Assembly: GCA_964612745.1 (NCBI GenBank)
Contig: CAZTCH010000003.1
Location: 61,931 to 125,930 of the forward strand
Length of the DNA stretch: 64,000 nucleotides
Direction of reading: 5' to 3'
Source: an uncultured Candidatus Saccharibacteria bacterium
GTDB taxonomy: Bacteria; Patescibacteriota; Doudnabacteria; UBA920
Every line of letters begins with the position of its first letter. Position 1 is the stretch's first letter. This document shows positions 48,826 to 57,390 of this stretch, piece by piece. The notes under the pieces are model-generated. The model made no database searches, had not been told where the DNA came from, and worked only from the letters and a program-made list of their open reading frames with translations. The position numbers were made by a program, and so were the translations under genes.

Positions 48826-50112
48826 TTACTGCTTTTCAAAAATGATAATTTCCCTTGCTACTATTTGGTCTTTGCGGTCATAGATTGCTGTATTTCGTGG
48901 GGTTAACCGTAAAAAGGGCATATCTAAGGCAATTTCCTGAGGGATAACACTTGTAATATTATACCCATTCGCCAAAGCGAAGTCAAGAGTGGGGAAGAGG
49001 GTATATTCATCTGGTCCAAGCTTGTACGCAGGGACACAAATGACCACTTTTCCTTTGTCTTTTAGGTATGTCCGCATGTCGGCAAACACCTTGGTGTACA
49101 GCGCTGCTAAGTCTTTAAAGTTTTGGTTAATCTGGTCAGGGGAGGGGATTTTGCCGTAAATTGGTCCGAGTGTCCCTTCGGTGACCACAGCGCTAATCTT
49201 GTCTATAGCTTTTATGCTCACCAGGTGGGAGACAAGCGTGCTCGCGGAAGTTGCATCTGCGACTTCGACGTGGTATTTACCTTTCGGAATTTTGTACCGG
49301 TTGCGGAACCACTCAAGGTTTTTCTCACTACCACTAATAGCGAGCTTGTCTATGTCTGAACCGACTGTTCGAAATCCAAGTAGTGTACCTTCTTGCACAA
49401 ACGTCCCAATGCCACAGAATGGGTCCAAAATAGTTTCGCCGGCTTTCGCTCCAGATAAGTTAAGCATGGTCTGGGCTACTTTGGGAGGGATCATGCCACG
49501 GACATCGTCGCGAATTGGGCGTTGGTAGTCACGTCTGCCATAGTCTTCGAAATCTTGTACGACTAAGGTTTTGCCTATGTAGACTTTGTCGTGATCGGCG
49601 AGCACGCAAATCTCTGCCCCTTTTACCGTAAGCTGGTTATGGGTGACTACCACCGAGGCAAGAGCGAGCGAGTTAAACTCTGGAATTACAAGACGGATAC
49701 TGCTGCCACTGTCTTGCATGGCGCGCTTTATAAACATGCCCAAGCGCTTCGGTTCGCCAAACGCCTTCACTGCCATATCGAGGAGGTATATACTAATACC
49801 AAATTGTATCTTGCCGGATGTATTCTTGAGGTACTCCGATTTTATCTTGCTTGGTTTGAAATAGTTCTGCAGTGCAAAGTTAATAGAGTCTTGTTCTCGT
49901 TTCTTAACGACGTCTATTATGCGAACCACTTTAATAATGCCCCCGAGCCGCTTCTGTACAAGTTCTGCGTCTATGCTTTTTTCCGTTTCTATAATTAACA
50001 CTTCCGGAGAAGCTGCAACCAACGTCCATGAAATGCCAAGGGCGGGGAGAGTCGCAGCGAGCTCCGCGAGGGATAGGGTATACACTCTACCTAAGACAAA
50101 TGCGTATGTCAT
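48826..50112 (-). CDS. THUMP-domain SAM-dependent RNA (guanine-N2) methyltransferase (RlmL/Trm11-like, COG0116).
   Basis: N-terminal THUMP-like region and a class I methyltransferase core with DPFCGIGT (motif I). The NPPY-like region is degenerate. Confidence 0.65.
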   Translation of the reverse strand: MTYAFVLGRVYTLSLAELAATLPALGISWTLVAASPEVLIIETEKSIDAELVQKRLGGIIKVVRIIDVVKKREQDSINFALQNYFKPSKIKSEYLKNTSGKIQFGISIYLLDMAVKAFGEPKRLGMFIKRAMQDSGSSIRLVIPEFNSLALASVVVTHNQLTVKGAEICVLADHDKVYIGKTLVVQDFEDYGRRDYQRPIRDDVRGMIPPKVAQTMLNLSGAKAGETILDPFCGIGTFVQEGTLLGFRTVGSDIDKLAISGSEKNLEWFRNRYKIPKGKYHVEVADATSASTLVSHLVSIKAIDKISAVVTEGTLGPIYGKIPSPDQINQNFKDLAALYTKVFADMRTYLKDKGKVVICVPAYKLGPDEYTLFPTLDFALANGYNITSVIPQEIALDMPFLRLTPRNTAIYDRKDQIVAREIIIFEKQ

Positions 50113-50537
50113 ACGAAAAATTCAAAAGCTTTTTAGCTGAACACAAAAATGAGTTGCGGTTGCTAGCTTGTTTTGTAGTTGTGTACTTTGCTGGTGTAGG
50201 TACCGGTAAAGCGATACAGCCACCCAGAAAAGCAGCACAGCAAGCTAATATGCTCAATTATACCACAAATAAACCGACTCCAACGCAAGCAGTAAAGGCA
50301 CAAGAAGTGCCTGCTGTAGCTACTCCAGAACCAACGGTGCTTGTGCAAACACAAACAGAGCCCACACAGCCGACACCGACCCCTTCGGGCGCCTGTCTTA
50401 TTAAAGGCAATATAGCGTCGAGCGGTAAAATCTACCACGTGCAAGGTGGGAGCTTTTATGCACGGGTCAAACCAGAGCAATGCTTTACCACAGAAGCAGA
50501 AGCAGTTGCGGCGGGGTTTCGGAAGTCGAAGAATTAA
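50106..50537 (+). CDS. Hypothetical membrane-anchored protein with a Thr/Pro-rich linker and a small C-terminal Cys-framed domain.
   Basis: TM helix LRLLACFVVVYFAGVG, linker …PTPTQAVKAQEVPAVATPEPT…, C-terminus CLIKGNIASSGKIYHVQGGSFYARVKPEQCFTTEAEAVAAGFRKSK. Its start codon sits 1-5 nt from the divergent methyltransferase start. Confidence 0.4.
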   Translation: MSYEKFKSFLAEHKNELRLLACFVVVYFAGVGTGKAIQPPRKAAQQANMLNYTTNKPTPTQAVKAQEVPAVATPEPTVLVQTQTEPTQPTPTPSGACLIKGNIASSGKIYHVQGGSFYARVKPEQCFTTEAEAVAAGFRKSKN

Positions 50538-50539
50538 AA

Positions 50540-50602
50540 TAAGAGAATAGAGAGTAGAGGATAGAGAATAGTAAGCAGGAATTAGGAGTTAGGAGTTAGG
50601 TT
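50540..50602. repeat. Right-hand arm of the ~70-bp inverted repeat (reverse complement of 48357-48432).
   Basis: aagagaatagagagtagaggatagagaatagtaagcaggaattaggagttaggagttaggttg. Its reverse complement matches caacctaactcctaattcctaattccttcttactactctctatcctc… with a few indels. Confidence 0.65.
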
Positions 50603-50721
50603 GTCGTTCGACCCTGAGCTCACGGCCGAAGGGTAGCAAAACAAGAGAGTCGTCACGTCTTAAGGTCTTAATGTCTTCAACTACAGAAAAATGAAAGTAT
50701 ATAAATTAAATCATTAAACAA

Positions 50722-51351
50722 ATGAAAAATAATTCTTGGACTATTGAAGATATAAAGTCGGGGATTGAACGATTTATTATAGAGTATGGACGTCCACCAA
50801 AAGCGCGTGAATGGGATAAGGTAGAGTACCTTCCATCAGCACGAACAGTACAAAGAACGTATGGTGGGTTAGAAAGACTACGCTCTGAGTTAGGCTATCA
50901 AGACCATCACTACGGTAAAGGTGCTTATAGGTCATCTATAGCTGCTACCGTGAATGTTCGTGGCGCTCAGGGGGAGGCCTTCATTAAAAATAGTTTAATT
51001 GAGATATTTGGTGAAGAGTTTGTTCATGAGCAAAAAATGCTTATCAGAAACTCTAAAAAACGCATAGACTTCTACGTATATTCTCCAGAAGGCAATTTTG
51101 CAGTCGATGTTTTCTCGTGTGAGACAATGCATGACTTTACAGGAAACGTAAACCATAAACTCTCAGTCTACGAAGCTTATGAAGGGGAGCTATACTTTGT
51201 TCTTATTAGCAGGGCTATTACTGGGTTAGAAATTACTAGCGCATTAAACTCCAAAAAGAAACAAGTAAAACAAACTACACACATTGTTACAGACAGCGAA
51301 TTCTTAAGCGGGCTTAAGGGGAAGCGTAGGTATCTGGCAGTGGTAGAGTAG
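50722..51351 (+). CDS. Putative nuclease: N-terminal homing-endonuclease-associated (HNH_repeat-like) module fused to a C-terminal Vsr/DUF559-like endonuclease fold.
   Basis: The N-terminus WTIEDIKSGIERFIIEYGRPPKAREWDK…LPSARTVQRTYGGLERLRSELGY matches the HNH-associated repeat. The C-terminus RIDFYVYSPEGNFAVDVFSCETMHD parallels the DUF559 VDFYC…LAIEIDGDSH block seen in the 19206 gene. Confidence 0.45.
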   Translation: MKNNSWTIEDIKSGIERFIIEYGRPPKAREWDKVEYLPSARTVQRTYGGLERLRSELGYQDHHYGKGAYRSSIAATVNVRGAQGEAFIKNSLIEIFGEEFVHEQKMLIRNSKKRIDFYVYSPEGNFAVDVFSCETMHDFTGNVNHKLSVYEAYEGELYFVLISRAITGLEITSALNSKKKQVKQTTHIVTDSEFLSGLKGKRRYLAVVE

Positions 51352-51716
51352 CTTGGAATCGTATATACAGCGTGTCGTACATTGTATCTTGTACGACACA
51401 GTATAGTATATTGAACTGGAATATGGCTTCGGATTCCTATATCTCTTTATCTGTAATCCTCATACTATGTCGCATTGTCTCTGTTTGGGTATTTGTTGTT
51501 CTATGTTTCTCTGTTTATATGCTTTATGTTGTTTTAACCACTCCTCCGTGTTTATCCAATCCCTACTCTAAGAGGTCCGGTCGTCAATTATTAAAAGTAT
51601 ACCTTACTCAGGTATAGTTCCTCTCTAAATGTATGCGTGGAGACATGTGGTCATTTAGGTCATATGGCATGTGTGCAAGTTACGTAGTGTCTACTTTGCT
51701 GTATACAAGCAGTCAA

Positions 51717-51747
51717 AAAACTTCCGACTACTACTAGTCGGAAGTTT
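51717..51747 (-). terminator. Rho-independent terminator for the minus-strand M15 hydrolase gene.
   Basis: ACTTCCGACTA-CTAC-TAGTCGGAAGT with a T-run on the minus strand (AAAAAA on plus). Confidence 0.5.
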
Positions 51748-51763
51748 GTATCTGGAAATTTAA

Positions 51764-52648
51764 TTACTGTCTGTTTGAAATTGGTAATATTGGTGCTGTG
51801 CAATTTTCGATTCCTACATCAACGTGTACGTGAAATGTTTGGTTTGCATCTGAACCTGGATTAACGCGCAAACCTAATTTCTTTGCTGCCTCAATTACTG
51901 CTTTGCCTGTTGGGTGGTTTACGTAGTAGTCATCTCCTCCAGCAAAATCTACAGCGCAGCCTCTGTTGTGTAAGGAGCCAGGTTTAGAAATATGCCCTGT
52001 ACTTATTGAAGATATTGCTGCTGTTATACCTTTTGACTTTACCTCAGCGCATAGTGCCTGTACAGCTTGGAATAAGGCTTCGGTCATATATGGCACGTAG
52101 TTCGCTTTGTTGCCTTGAAAGCTGCATTGTAATTCGCTGGACTTGTGTCCTGATGGTCCGGAATTGTTACCAGTCACTCCTTGTCCTCCGATATTGCCAG
52201 ATTGTCCACCCGCATTAAAATCCCAGTCGTCATCAAACATGTGACCGTCTACTTTCCACTTCTCGAAAGCGATTTGATTCGGGGTGATGTTTTTAATTGT
52301 AAGCAGACTTGGGTTGATTTGGCGGAGTAGGACAAATCCAACCAAAAGTACTGCGATGCCAATGAGTGAAGAACTGATAAAGCTTTTTGCAGTACCAACC
52401 CTCTTCTCATTCCCACCCGAAAAGATGTACATGTACCCGCCAATCATAATCATTATCACAGCGGCGATACTGCAAATAACAAGTGCGTATTTATAGAGTT
52501 GGTTAACACAGGTAAATAAACCATTCGCGCCTGTCTCAGAAGGTCTACAAGGGATATCGACTGCTGCAGCTTGCGCAGTCAGTGGGATAAGTACCAGTAG
52601 GGCTGCCAGGGCAAAGGTGTATAGATATTTTACAATTTGTTTTTGCAT
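51764..52648 (-). CDS. Secreted/membrane-anchored peptidase M15 (VanY/L-Ala-D-Glu peptidase-like) with a shared N-terminal signal-peptide + TM-hairpin module.
   Basis: C-terminus …HISKPGSLHNRGCAVDFAGGDD…HVHVD carries the SxHxxGxAxD and H-x-H zinc-binding pattern of M15 DD/LD-peptidases. N-terminal residues ~16-150 are identical to the paralog at 53304-54278. Confidence 0.6.
   Translation of the reverse strand: MQKQIVKYLYTFALAALLVLIPLTAQAAAVDIPCRPSETGANGLFTCVNQLYKYALVICSIAAVIMIMIGGYMYIFSGGNEKRVGTAKSFISSSLIGIAVLLVGFVLLRQINPSLLTIKNITPNQIAFEKWKVDGHMFDDDWDFNAGGQSGNIGGQGVTGNNSGPSGHKSSELQCSFQGNKANYVPYMTEALFQAVQALCAEVKSKGITAAISSISTGHISKPGSLHNRGCAVDFAGGDDYYVNHPTGKAVIEAAKKLGLRVNPGSDANQTFHVHVDVGIENCTAPILPISNRQ
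52253..52599. repeat. 347-bp segment essentially identical to 53871-54217 (direct repeat, offset 1618 bp).
   Basis: Identical antisense ORF pairs in the track (52249..52443 = 53867..54061; 52284..52496 = 53902..54114) and direct comparison of the flanks. Confidence 0.85.
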
Positions 52649-52663
52649 AGAGAATCCACAAAA

Positions 52664-53281
52664 TTATTGAATTGTGCTGATGTAGAAATCATTGAGTGAC
52701 AAAGCGCCGTCACTTTCAGTGAGAACCTCTACTTCAATCTGTGTTCTACCAGCCAGAGTTCCCGCATCCTCGCTAGTGCTAATGTCGTACAAACTGGCTT
52801 CAAAAGTAAATATGTATACCGAAGCAGTGCCCGGCTTTTTAAAGAGTCCGATTGGCCTTGTTCCGTCTACTACTCCATATTGGCTAGCACGTGATGAGCT
52901 CTTAATTTGCTGCTCTAAGTCAAAAATTTTGGCCACAGCTTGAGGGGTCGAATACCGTACAAGCGGTGCAGTATCTAGATCTCTATTGGTATATGAAAGC
53001 AGTAGCCCCGCAACATTTCCACTAAAGTTTAACATTGCGTTCTTAGCTGTTACGCTTAAAGTATTTTCTGACGATTTAATAAAATTAATGTTTGGTAAAA
53101 ACTCGGGTAGTGGTGAGCTGGTTTTAATAGCAGCTTGTTCACTGGAAATACCTTGAGTTGATATGGGTTGCGCATTTTGCTCTGGGTTAGTGCCAGAGCT
53201 CCAGATGTATAGCAGTACTAGGATACCCACTAATGCAATCGCTATACTAACGCCGATAATTATTTTATTTTTATTTGACAT
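52664..53281 (-). CDS. Hypothetical membrane-anchored protein.
   Basis: N-terminal TM helix (IIIGVSIAIALVGILVLLYIW), Ser/Thr/Gln-rich region, no recognised domain. It lies between the two hydrolase paralogs. Confidence 0.4.
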   Translation of the reverse strand: MSNKNKIIIGVSIAIALVGILVLLYIWSSGTNPEQNAQPISTQGISSEQAAIKTSSPLPEFLPNINFIKSSENTLSVTAKNAMLNFSGNVAGLLLSYTNRDLDTAPLVRYSTPQAVAKIFDLEQQIKSSSRASQYGVVDGTRPIGLFKKPGTASVYIFTFEASLYDISTSEDAGTLAGRTQIEVEVLTESDGALSLNDFYISTIQ

Positions 53282-53303
53282 AAAATACTTACTTAATGCT
53301 TAA

Positions 53304-54278
53304 TTAGTTACCAGAACTGGCTTTACAAGTATTATAGTAGCGCATTATAGTCTTTGCGTATTCGCTGTTAACTCCCCCACCATTGTACTCGCCGTATGCT
53401 CTTTGTAAATCTCCGTTATGTTTCTGCAATAAAACTCTCATGAATTTAGCGCTCAATCTCACGTTGTGCTCTGGGTTTAGTAAGTCTGTGATTGTATGCC
53501 ATGAATTTAACAATTTTCGGCTGGGGGTAGATGGGTCTTTCCACCCACTGTCTCTATTGATTGGGAAAATTGTAATTTGTGCCATGCCGATTCCGTGGGA
53601 GTGCTTCCAATCAAGCCCATATAATGGTGGTGCATTTTTGTTAAAACTTTCGCTCGTTGTTTTACCGCCATCGTGCCCTATTGCTTCTGGATTCCCCCCA
53701 GATGATTCCTTGTCTAGTATTGCTTGTAGTATGCACGGATCTAAGTTAGTTTCTTGTGCTATCTTATTGAGTAACTCTGTCCACTGACCTTTTTTTATCG
53801 GGCTGCCACCAGTATATGTTGTGCCTGGAGTTGTTCCGGACCATGGAGTATTAATAATACTCCCATCTATTTCCCACTTCTCGAAAGCGATTTGATTCGG
53901 GGTGATGTTTTTAATTGTAAGCAGACTTGGGTTGATTTGGCGGAGTAGGACAAATCCAACCAAAAGTACTGCGATGCCAATGAGTGAAGAACTGATAAAG
54001 CTTTTTGCAGTACCAACCCTCTTCTCATTCCCACCCGAAAAGATGTACATGTACCCGCCAATCATAATCATTATCACAGCGGCGATACTGCAAATAACAA
54101 GTGCGTATTTATAGAGTTGGTTAACACAGGTAAATAAACCATTCGCGCCTGTCTCAGAAGGTCTACAAGGGATATCGACTGCTGCAGCTTGCGCAGTCAG
54201 TGGGATAAGCACTAACAGGGCTGCGAACGACAGCGCGTACAAGAACTTTATGAGTGGGTGTTTGAAAGCGGCGTGCAT
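53304..54278 (-). CDS. Lytic transglycosylase (SLT/lysozyme-like domain) with the same N-terminal module as the M15 paralog.
   Basis: C-terminus ILDKESSGGNPEAIGHDGG…HGIGMAQI… has the catalytic Glu-Ser and fold pattern of SLT domains. The N-terminal ~135 aa are shared. Confidence 0.65.
   Translation of the reverse strand: MHAAFKHPLIKFLYALSFAALLVLIPLTAQAAAVDIPCRPSETGANGLFTCVNQLYKYALVICSIAAVIMIMIGGYMYIFSGGNEKRVGTAKSFISSSLIGIAVLLVGFVLLRQINPSLLTIKNITPNQIAFEKWEIDGSIINTPWSGTTPGTTYTGGSPIKKGQWTELLNKIAQETNLDPCILQAILDKESSGGNPEAIGHDGGKTTSESFNKNAPPLYGLDWKHSHGIGMAQITIFPINRDSGWKDPSTPSRKLLNSWHTITDLLNPEHNVRLSAKFMRVLLQKHNGDLQRAYGEYNGGGVNSEYAKTIMRYYNTCKASSGN
53871..54217. repeat. Second copy of the 347-bp direct repeat.
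   Basis: See 52253-52599. Confidence 0.85.
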
Positions 54279-54306
54279 AGACGTTTATTTTTTCTACTGT
54301 TTGTTT

Positions 54307-55596
54307 TTATGGAAGGAAGTCTTTCGGGTTATAGGTGTAGCCGTACGGTACTGAGTACGAACCGTAGGTCTTGGAATATTTACCTGCTGCAACGCCATAG
54401 CCTTCGCAATCAAATACCGTAAAGTGCAAGTGGTAGCCGCGGTCTGGTCCGTACAAGAGTCGTGTGGTGTTCCCAGTGTTGCCTTCGTACCCAATTAAGT
54501 CTCCTTGTTTGACTGCTTGCCCCGATCTGACTTTGAACTGTCGCATGTGTGCGTACAGAGTGACTAAACAGACAGGGCCGTTGGTGGTAGTAATGTTGTG
54601 CTTCACTGTACACCAGTTTCCGTAGGACGCTTCGCCAGTGTCACAGCCATTTACAGTACCATCTTGCGCAGCGTAAATTGGTGTTCCGGCAGGAGCGGCA
54701 ACGTCTATGCCGTTGTGGAATGAGTACCCGAGTGAGCGGAACCCAGTATTGCCGTAACCTTGGGTCAGTACCCCTTTCATTGGCATAGCTAGACTGCCTT
54801 TCTTTGCAGGGGCTGTTTTGTTACCCAGCTTGGTACGAACTTGCGCGTCCAGATCTTCCATTTCTTTTTGGAGTGCCGCTTCTTGGTCTTTGCTGGAAGA
54901 TAAGAGTTTCTGGTAGTTTTTCTCTACACCTTTGGTTTTGTCGAGAAGTGATTGTTTTTGTCGCTGCTGTGACTCGAGTGAACCTTGCGTGACTTTGAGT
55001 TGTTCGGTGAGTGCTTCCAGTTTTGCACGGACTACCTTTAAGTCTGCTTGCTGTTGTTCTAACTTGGCTTTGACTGCTTTAATGTTCTGCACGATTTGGT
55101 TGACCTTGTCTTGCAGGTTATTAGTGTACTCGAGGTCGTCTAAGAACTGGGAAAAATTATCTGTGCCCAGTGCGAGTTGCACAAAAGAATTTCCACCCAG
55201 CTCGTGGAGCTCTACTATAAGTTGTTTTAAGACAGCTTTGTTCTCGCCAATCTCTTGGGTGCGTCTGTCTATCTGCTTTTGTAGTTCTGCGATCTGCAAG
55301 TTTACATCTTGCATTTCTGTCTCTTTGGCTTCTATTTGCAGTTCAGTCGATTTGATCTGCGCGTCATATATATAGATCTCATTCTTCAAAGACGCTGCTT
55401 CTTTTTGTACGGTACCAATTTGTGTTTGGTAGCTTTTAATTTGCGCAGTAATGCTGGCGAGTTTTTCTTGGAGTTGGTTCTGTTTAAACTTTAGTTCGTC
55501 TACGTCTTCTGCTTGGGCAAAACCAACAAAGGCAACACTCACGAGGAGTGCGCACAGAATGACTTGTTTGCTAAATGAAGTAAATAAAAAACCCAT
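54307..55596 (-). CDS. Coiled-coil M23 (LytM) peptidase, EnvC-like murein hydrolase or activator.
   Basis: Signal or anchor, ~250 aa of coiled coil, and a C-terminal M23 domain (FHNGIDVAAPAGTPIYAAQDGTV … LYAHM … GNTGNTT … HLHF). Confidence 0.75.
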   Translation of the reverse strand: MGFLFTSFSKQVILCALLVSVAFVGFAQAEDVDELKFKQNQLQEKLASITAQIKSYQTQIGTVQKEAASLKNEIYIYDAQIKSTELQIEAKETEMQDVNLQIAELQKQIDRRTQEIGENKAVLKQLIVELHELGGNSFVQLALGTDNFSQFLDDLEYTNNLQDKVNQIVQNIKAVKAKLEQQQADLKVVRAKLEALTEQLKVTQGSLESQQRQKQSLLDKTKGVEKNYQKLLSSSKDQEAALQKEMEDLDAQVRTKLGNKTAPAKKGSLAMPMKGVLTQGYGNTGFRSLGYSFHNGIDVAAPAGTPIYAAQDGTVNGCDTGEASYGNWCTVKHNITTTNGPVCLVTLYAHMRQFKVRSGQAVKQGDLIGYEGNTGNTTRLLYGPDRGYHLHFTVFDCEGYGVAAGKYSKTYGSYSVPYGYTYNPKDFLP

Positions 55597-55636
55597 TAAA
55601 TTTAGTATATCATACTAAACCATGGGTTTTTTGTGG

Positions 55637-57208
55637 CTAGGACTGTAAAGCGGTTTTGGCTTTGGCAAGTCGGTCCAATACAAACTCTTTTCCAAATGCG
55701 TGGGCCAAGATAGGTGCTACCTCTGTTGGACCAGGGCTGGCTTGCATACCAGCCAGAGCTACCCTGAGTGGCCAAAGCATCGAGCCAGTATCGTACCCAT
55801 TTTCCTTTACAAACCCGACCAGAGCTTCTTGTAGTGCCTGTGGATTATGTAGTGTTTCATCCCCTGCTTTGCTAAACCAGTCTTGTAAAACACCGATATT
55901 TACTAAAGTTTTTTCTTTTGTACTCTTTTTCCAGACCAGTAGTTCAGGATTGTACGTAAGCTCTCCAAAGAAGTAACTGGTACGCTCTGTAATGTCCGAG
56001 AGCTTTTTCAGTCGCTCCTGCTCTACACTGGCAATTGCTGCGAGGTAACTTGTGTCTACTGCCTTGTTGCCTAGTCGAGGTGCAGTATAGGTACCGTCTG
56101 TAGCTGCAACCAGCTCCCCTGCGGCTACCCAGTACGGGACTAAGGATGCAGCCAAAGTATCTTTTGGTAGTGCTTTAATGTAGTGGCCGTTCAACCAGTC
56201 CAACTTTTGCATGTCGAGTACGGCGCCAGACTTGTTTACCTTGGCAAGGTCGAACTCGGCAATGAGCTCTTCCATGCTAAAGATTTCTTTTTCTGACTTT
56301 GGGTTCCAGCCCAAGAACGCTACAAAGTTTATGAGCGCTTCCTTTAAGTATCCTTTGTTCAGGAAGTCCTCGACTGCCACGTCCCCTTGTCGCTTGGAGA
56401 GTTTGCTTTTGTCCGGGTTTAAGATAAGTGGCAAGTGAGCAAATGCTGGTGGGGTCCAGCCAAAGGCTTGGTAGAGTAGTAAGTGCTTTGGGGTTGATGG
56501 GATCCACTCTTCACCACGGATGACGTGTGAAATCTGCATTTCGTGGTCATCTACAACGACTGCAAAGTGGTAGGTTGGAAAACCGTCTGACTTTATGAGT
56601 ACTTGGTCGTCAATCGTTTTGTTCTCGTAGGTTATGTCGCCGTAGACCAAGTCGTGAATAACTGTTTGTCCTTCTTGGGGCACTGCCAGACGAACGACTG
56701 GTTGTCGTCCTTCTGCGGTACACGCTGCAGTAGCTGCTGCTCGCTCACTTTCAGAAAGAGTGCGGCAGTGGCGATCGTACATGGGTGGTTTTTTGAGCGC
56801 AGTTTGTTCTTTGCGCAATTCTTCCAATCGTTCGCTCGAGCAATAGCAGTGGTAGGCTTTTCCTGCGTCTATAAGCTGGGTAATGTGCTGTGTGTAAATA
56901 TCGAGCCGCTTGGATTGCAAATATGGTCCAAAGCTCCCCTGCTCGGTGAGTGTGTTGGTTTGTGCGTCATACGAAAACCCTTCGTCGAACTCCACACCAA
57001 GCGTGTGTAAGACGTGCACAAGGTTTTCTGCAGCACCTTCTACTAAACGAGTTTGGTCGGTGTCTTCTATGCGCAACACATGTGAGCCCCCGTGCTTGCG
57101 CGCAAAGAGAAAACTAAACAGTGCAGTACGAAGACTACCAATGTGGACGTAGCCAGTTGGACTTGGGGCAAAGCGAGTACGGACAGGTGAAGGAGTAGAG
57201 TTAGACAT
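55637..57208 (-). CDS. gltX: Glutamate--tRNA ligase (GluRS; possibly non-discriminating).
   Basis: Class I HIGH (PSPTGYVHIGSLRTALF) and KMSKS-like (KLSKR) motifs plus a C-terminal extension. Start chosen at MSNSTPSP (57208); the ORF track begins at 57265. Confidence 0.85.
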   Translation of the reverse strand: MSNSTPSPVRTRFAPSPTGYVHIGSLRTALFSFLFARKHGGSHVLRIEDTDQTRLVEGAAENLVHVLHTLGVEFDEGFSYDAQTNTLTEQGSFGPYLQSKRLDIYTQHITQLIDAGKAYHCYCSSERLEELRKEQTALKKPPMYDRHCRTLSESERAAATAACTAEGRQPVVRLAVPQEGQTVIHDLVYGDITYENKTIDDQVLIKSDGFPTYHFAVVVDDHEMQISHVIRGEEWIPSTPKHLLLYQAFGWTPPAFAHLPLILNPDKSKLSKRQGDVAVEDFLNKGYLKEALINFVAFLGWNPKSEKEIFSMEELIAEFDLAKVNKSGAVLDMQKLDWLNGHYIKALPKDTLAASLVPYWVAAGELVAATDGTYTAPRLGNKAVDTSYLAAIASVEQERLKKLSDITERTSYFFGELTYNPELLVWKKSTKEKTLVNIGVLQDWFSKAGDETLHNPQALQEALVGFVKENGYDTGSMLWPLRVALAGMQASPGPTEVAPILAHAFGKEFVLDRLAKAKTALQS

Positions 57209-57390
57209 ATATAGAGTAGGAGTTAGGTGTGTAAGAAATTCCAAATAACAAGCATCAAATAACAAATAAATTCCAATTTTCGAATTACGGACAAAATTCC
57301 AAACAAGACAAGTTTTAAATTTTGAGCTTTAGAACATTGGAACTTGTTTGAGATTTGATTTTTGTGATTTGGAATTTAATCAGATTGCCT
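57200..57390. repeat. Intergenic repeat region related to 48183-48432.
   Basis: ggagttaggtgtgtaag (CT-rich family, reverse complement), aaattccaaa…tttggaattt inverted pairs, and ttgtttgagatttgatttttgtgatttggaattt, the reverse complement or direct copy of motifs at 48222 and 48339. Confidence 0.55.

Noticed and set aside
51372-51617. 81-aa hydrophobic ORF in the 410-bp spacer after the HNH-repeat gene.
   Set aside because: It has no RBS, and its hydrophobicity comes from the pyrimidine-rich DNA read in one frame. The region is more likely non-coding, possibly structured RNA.
52249-54114. Pairs of identical 64-aa and 70-aa ORFs (52249..52443 = 53867..54061; 52284..52496 = 53902..54114).
   Set aside because: They are out-of-frame or antisense products of the duplicated 347-bp hydrolase N-terminal module, not independent genes. 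They are useful only as evidence of DNA identity.
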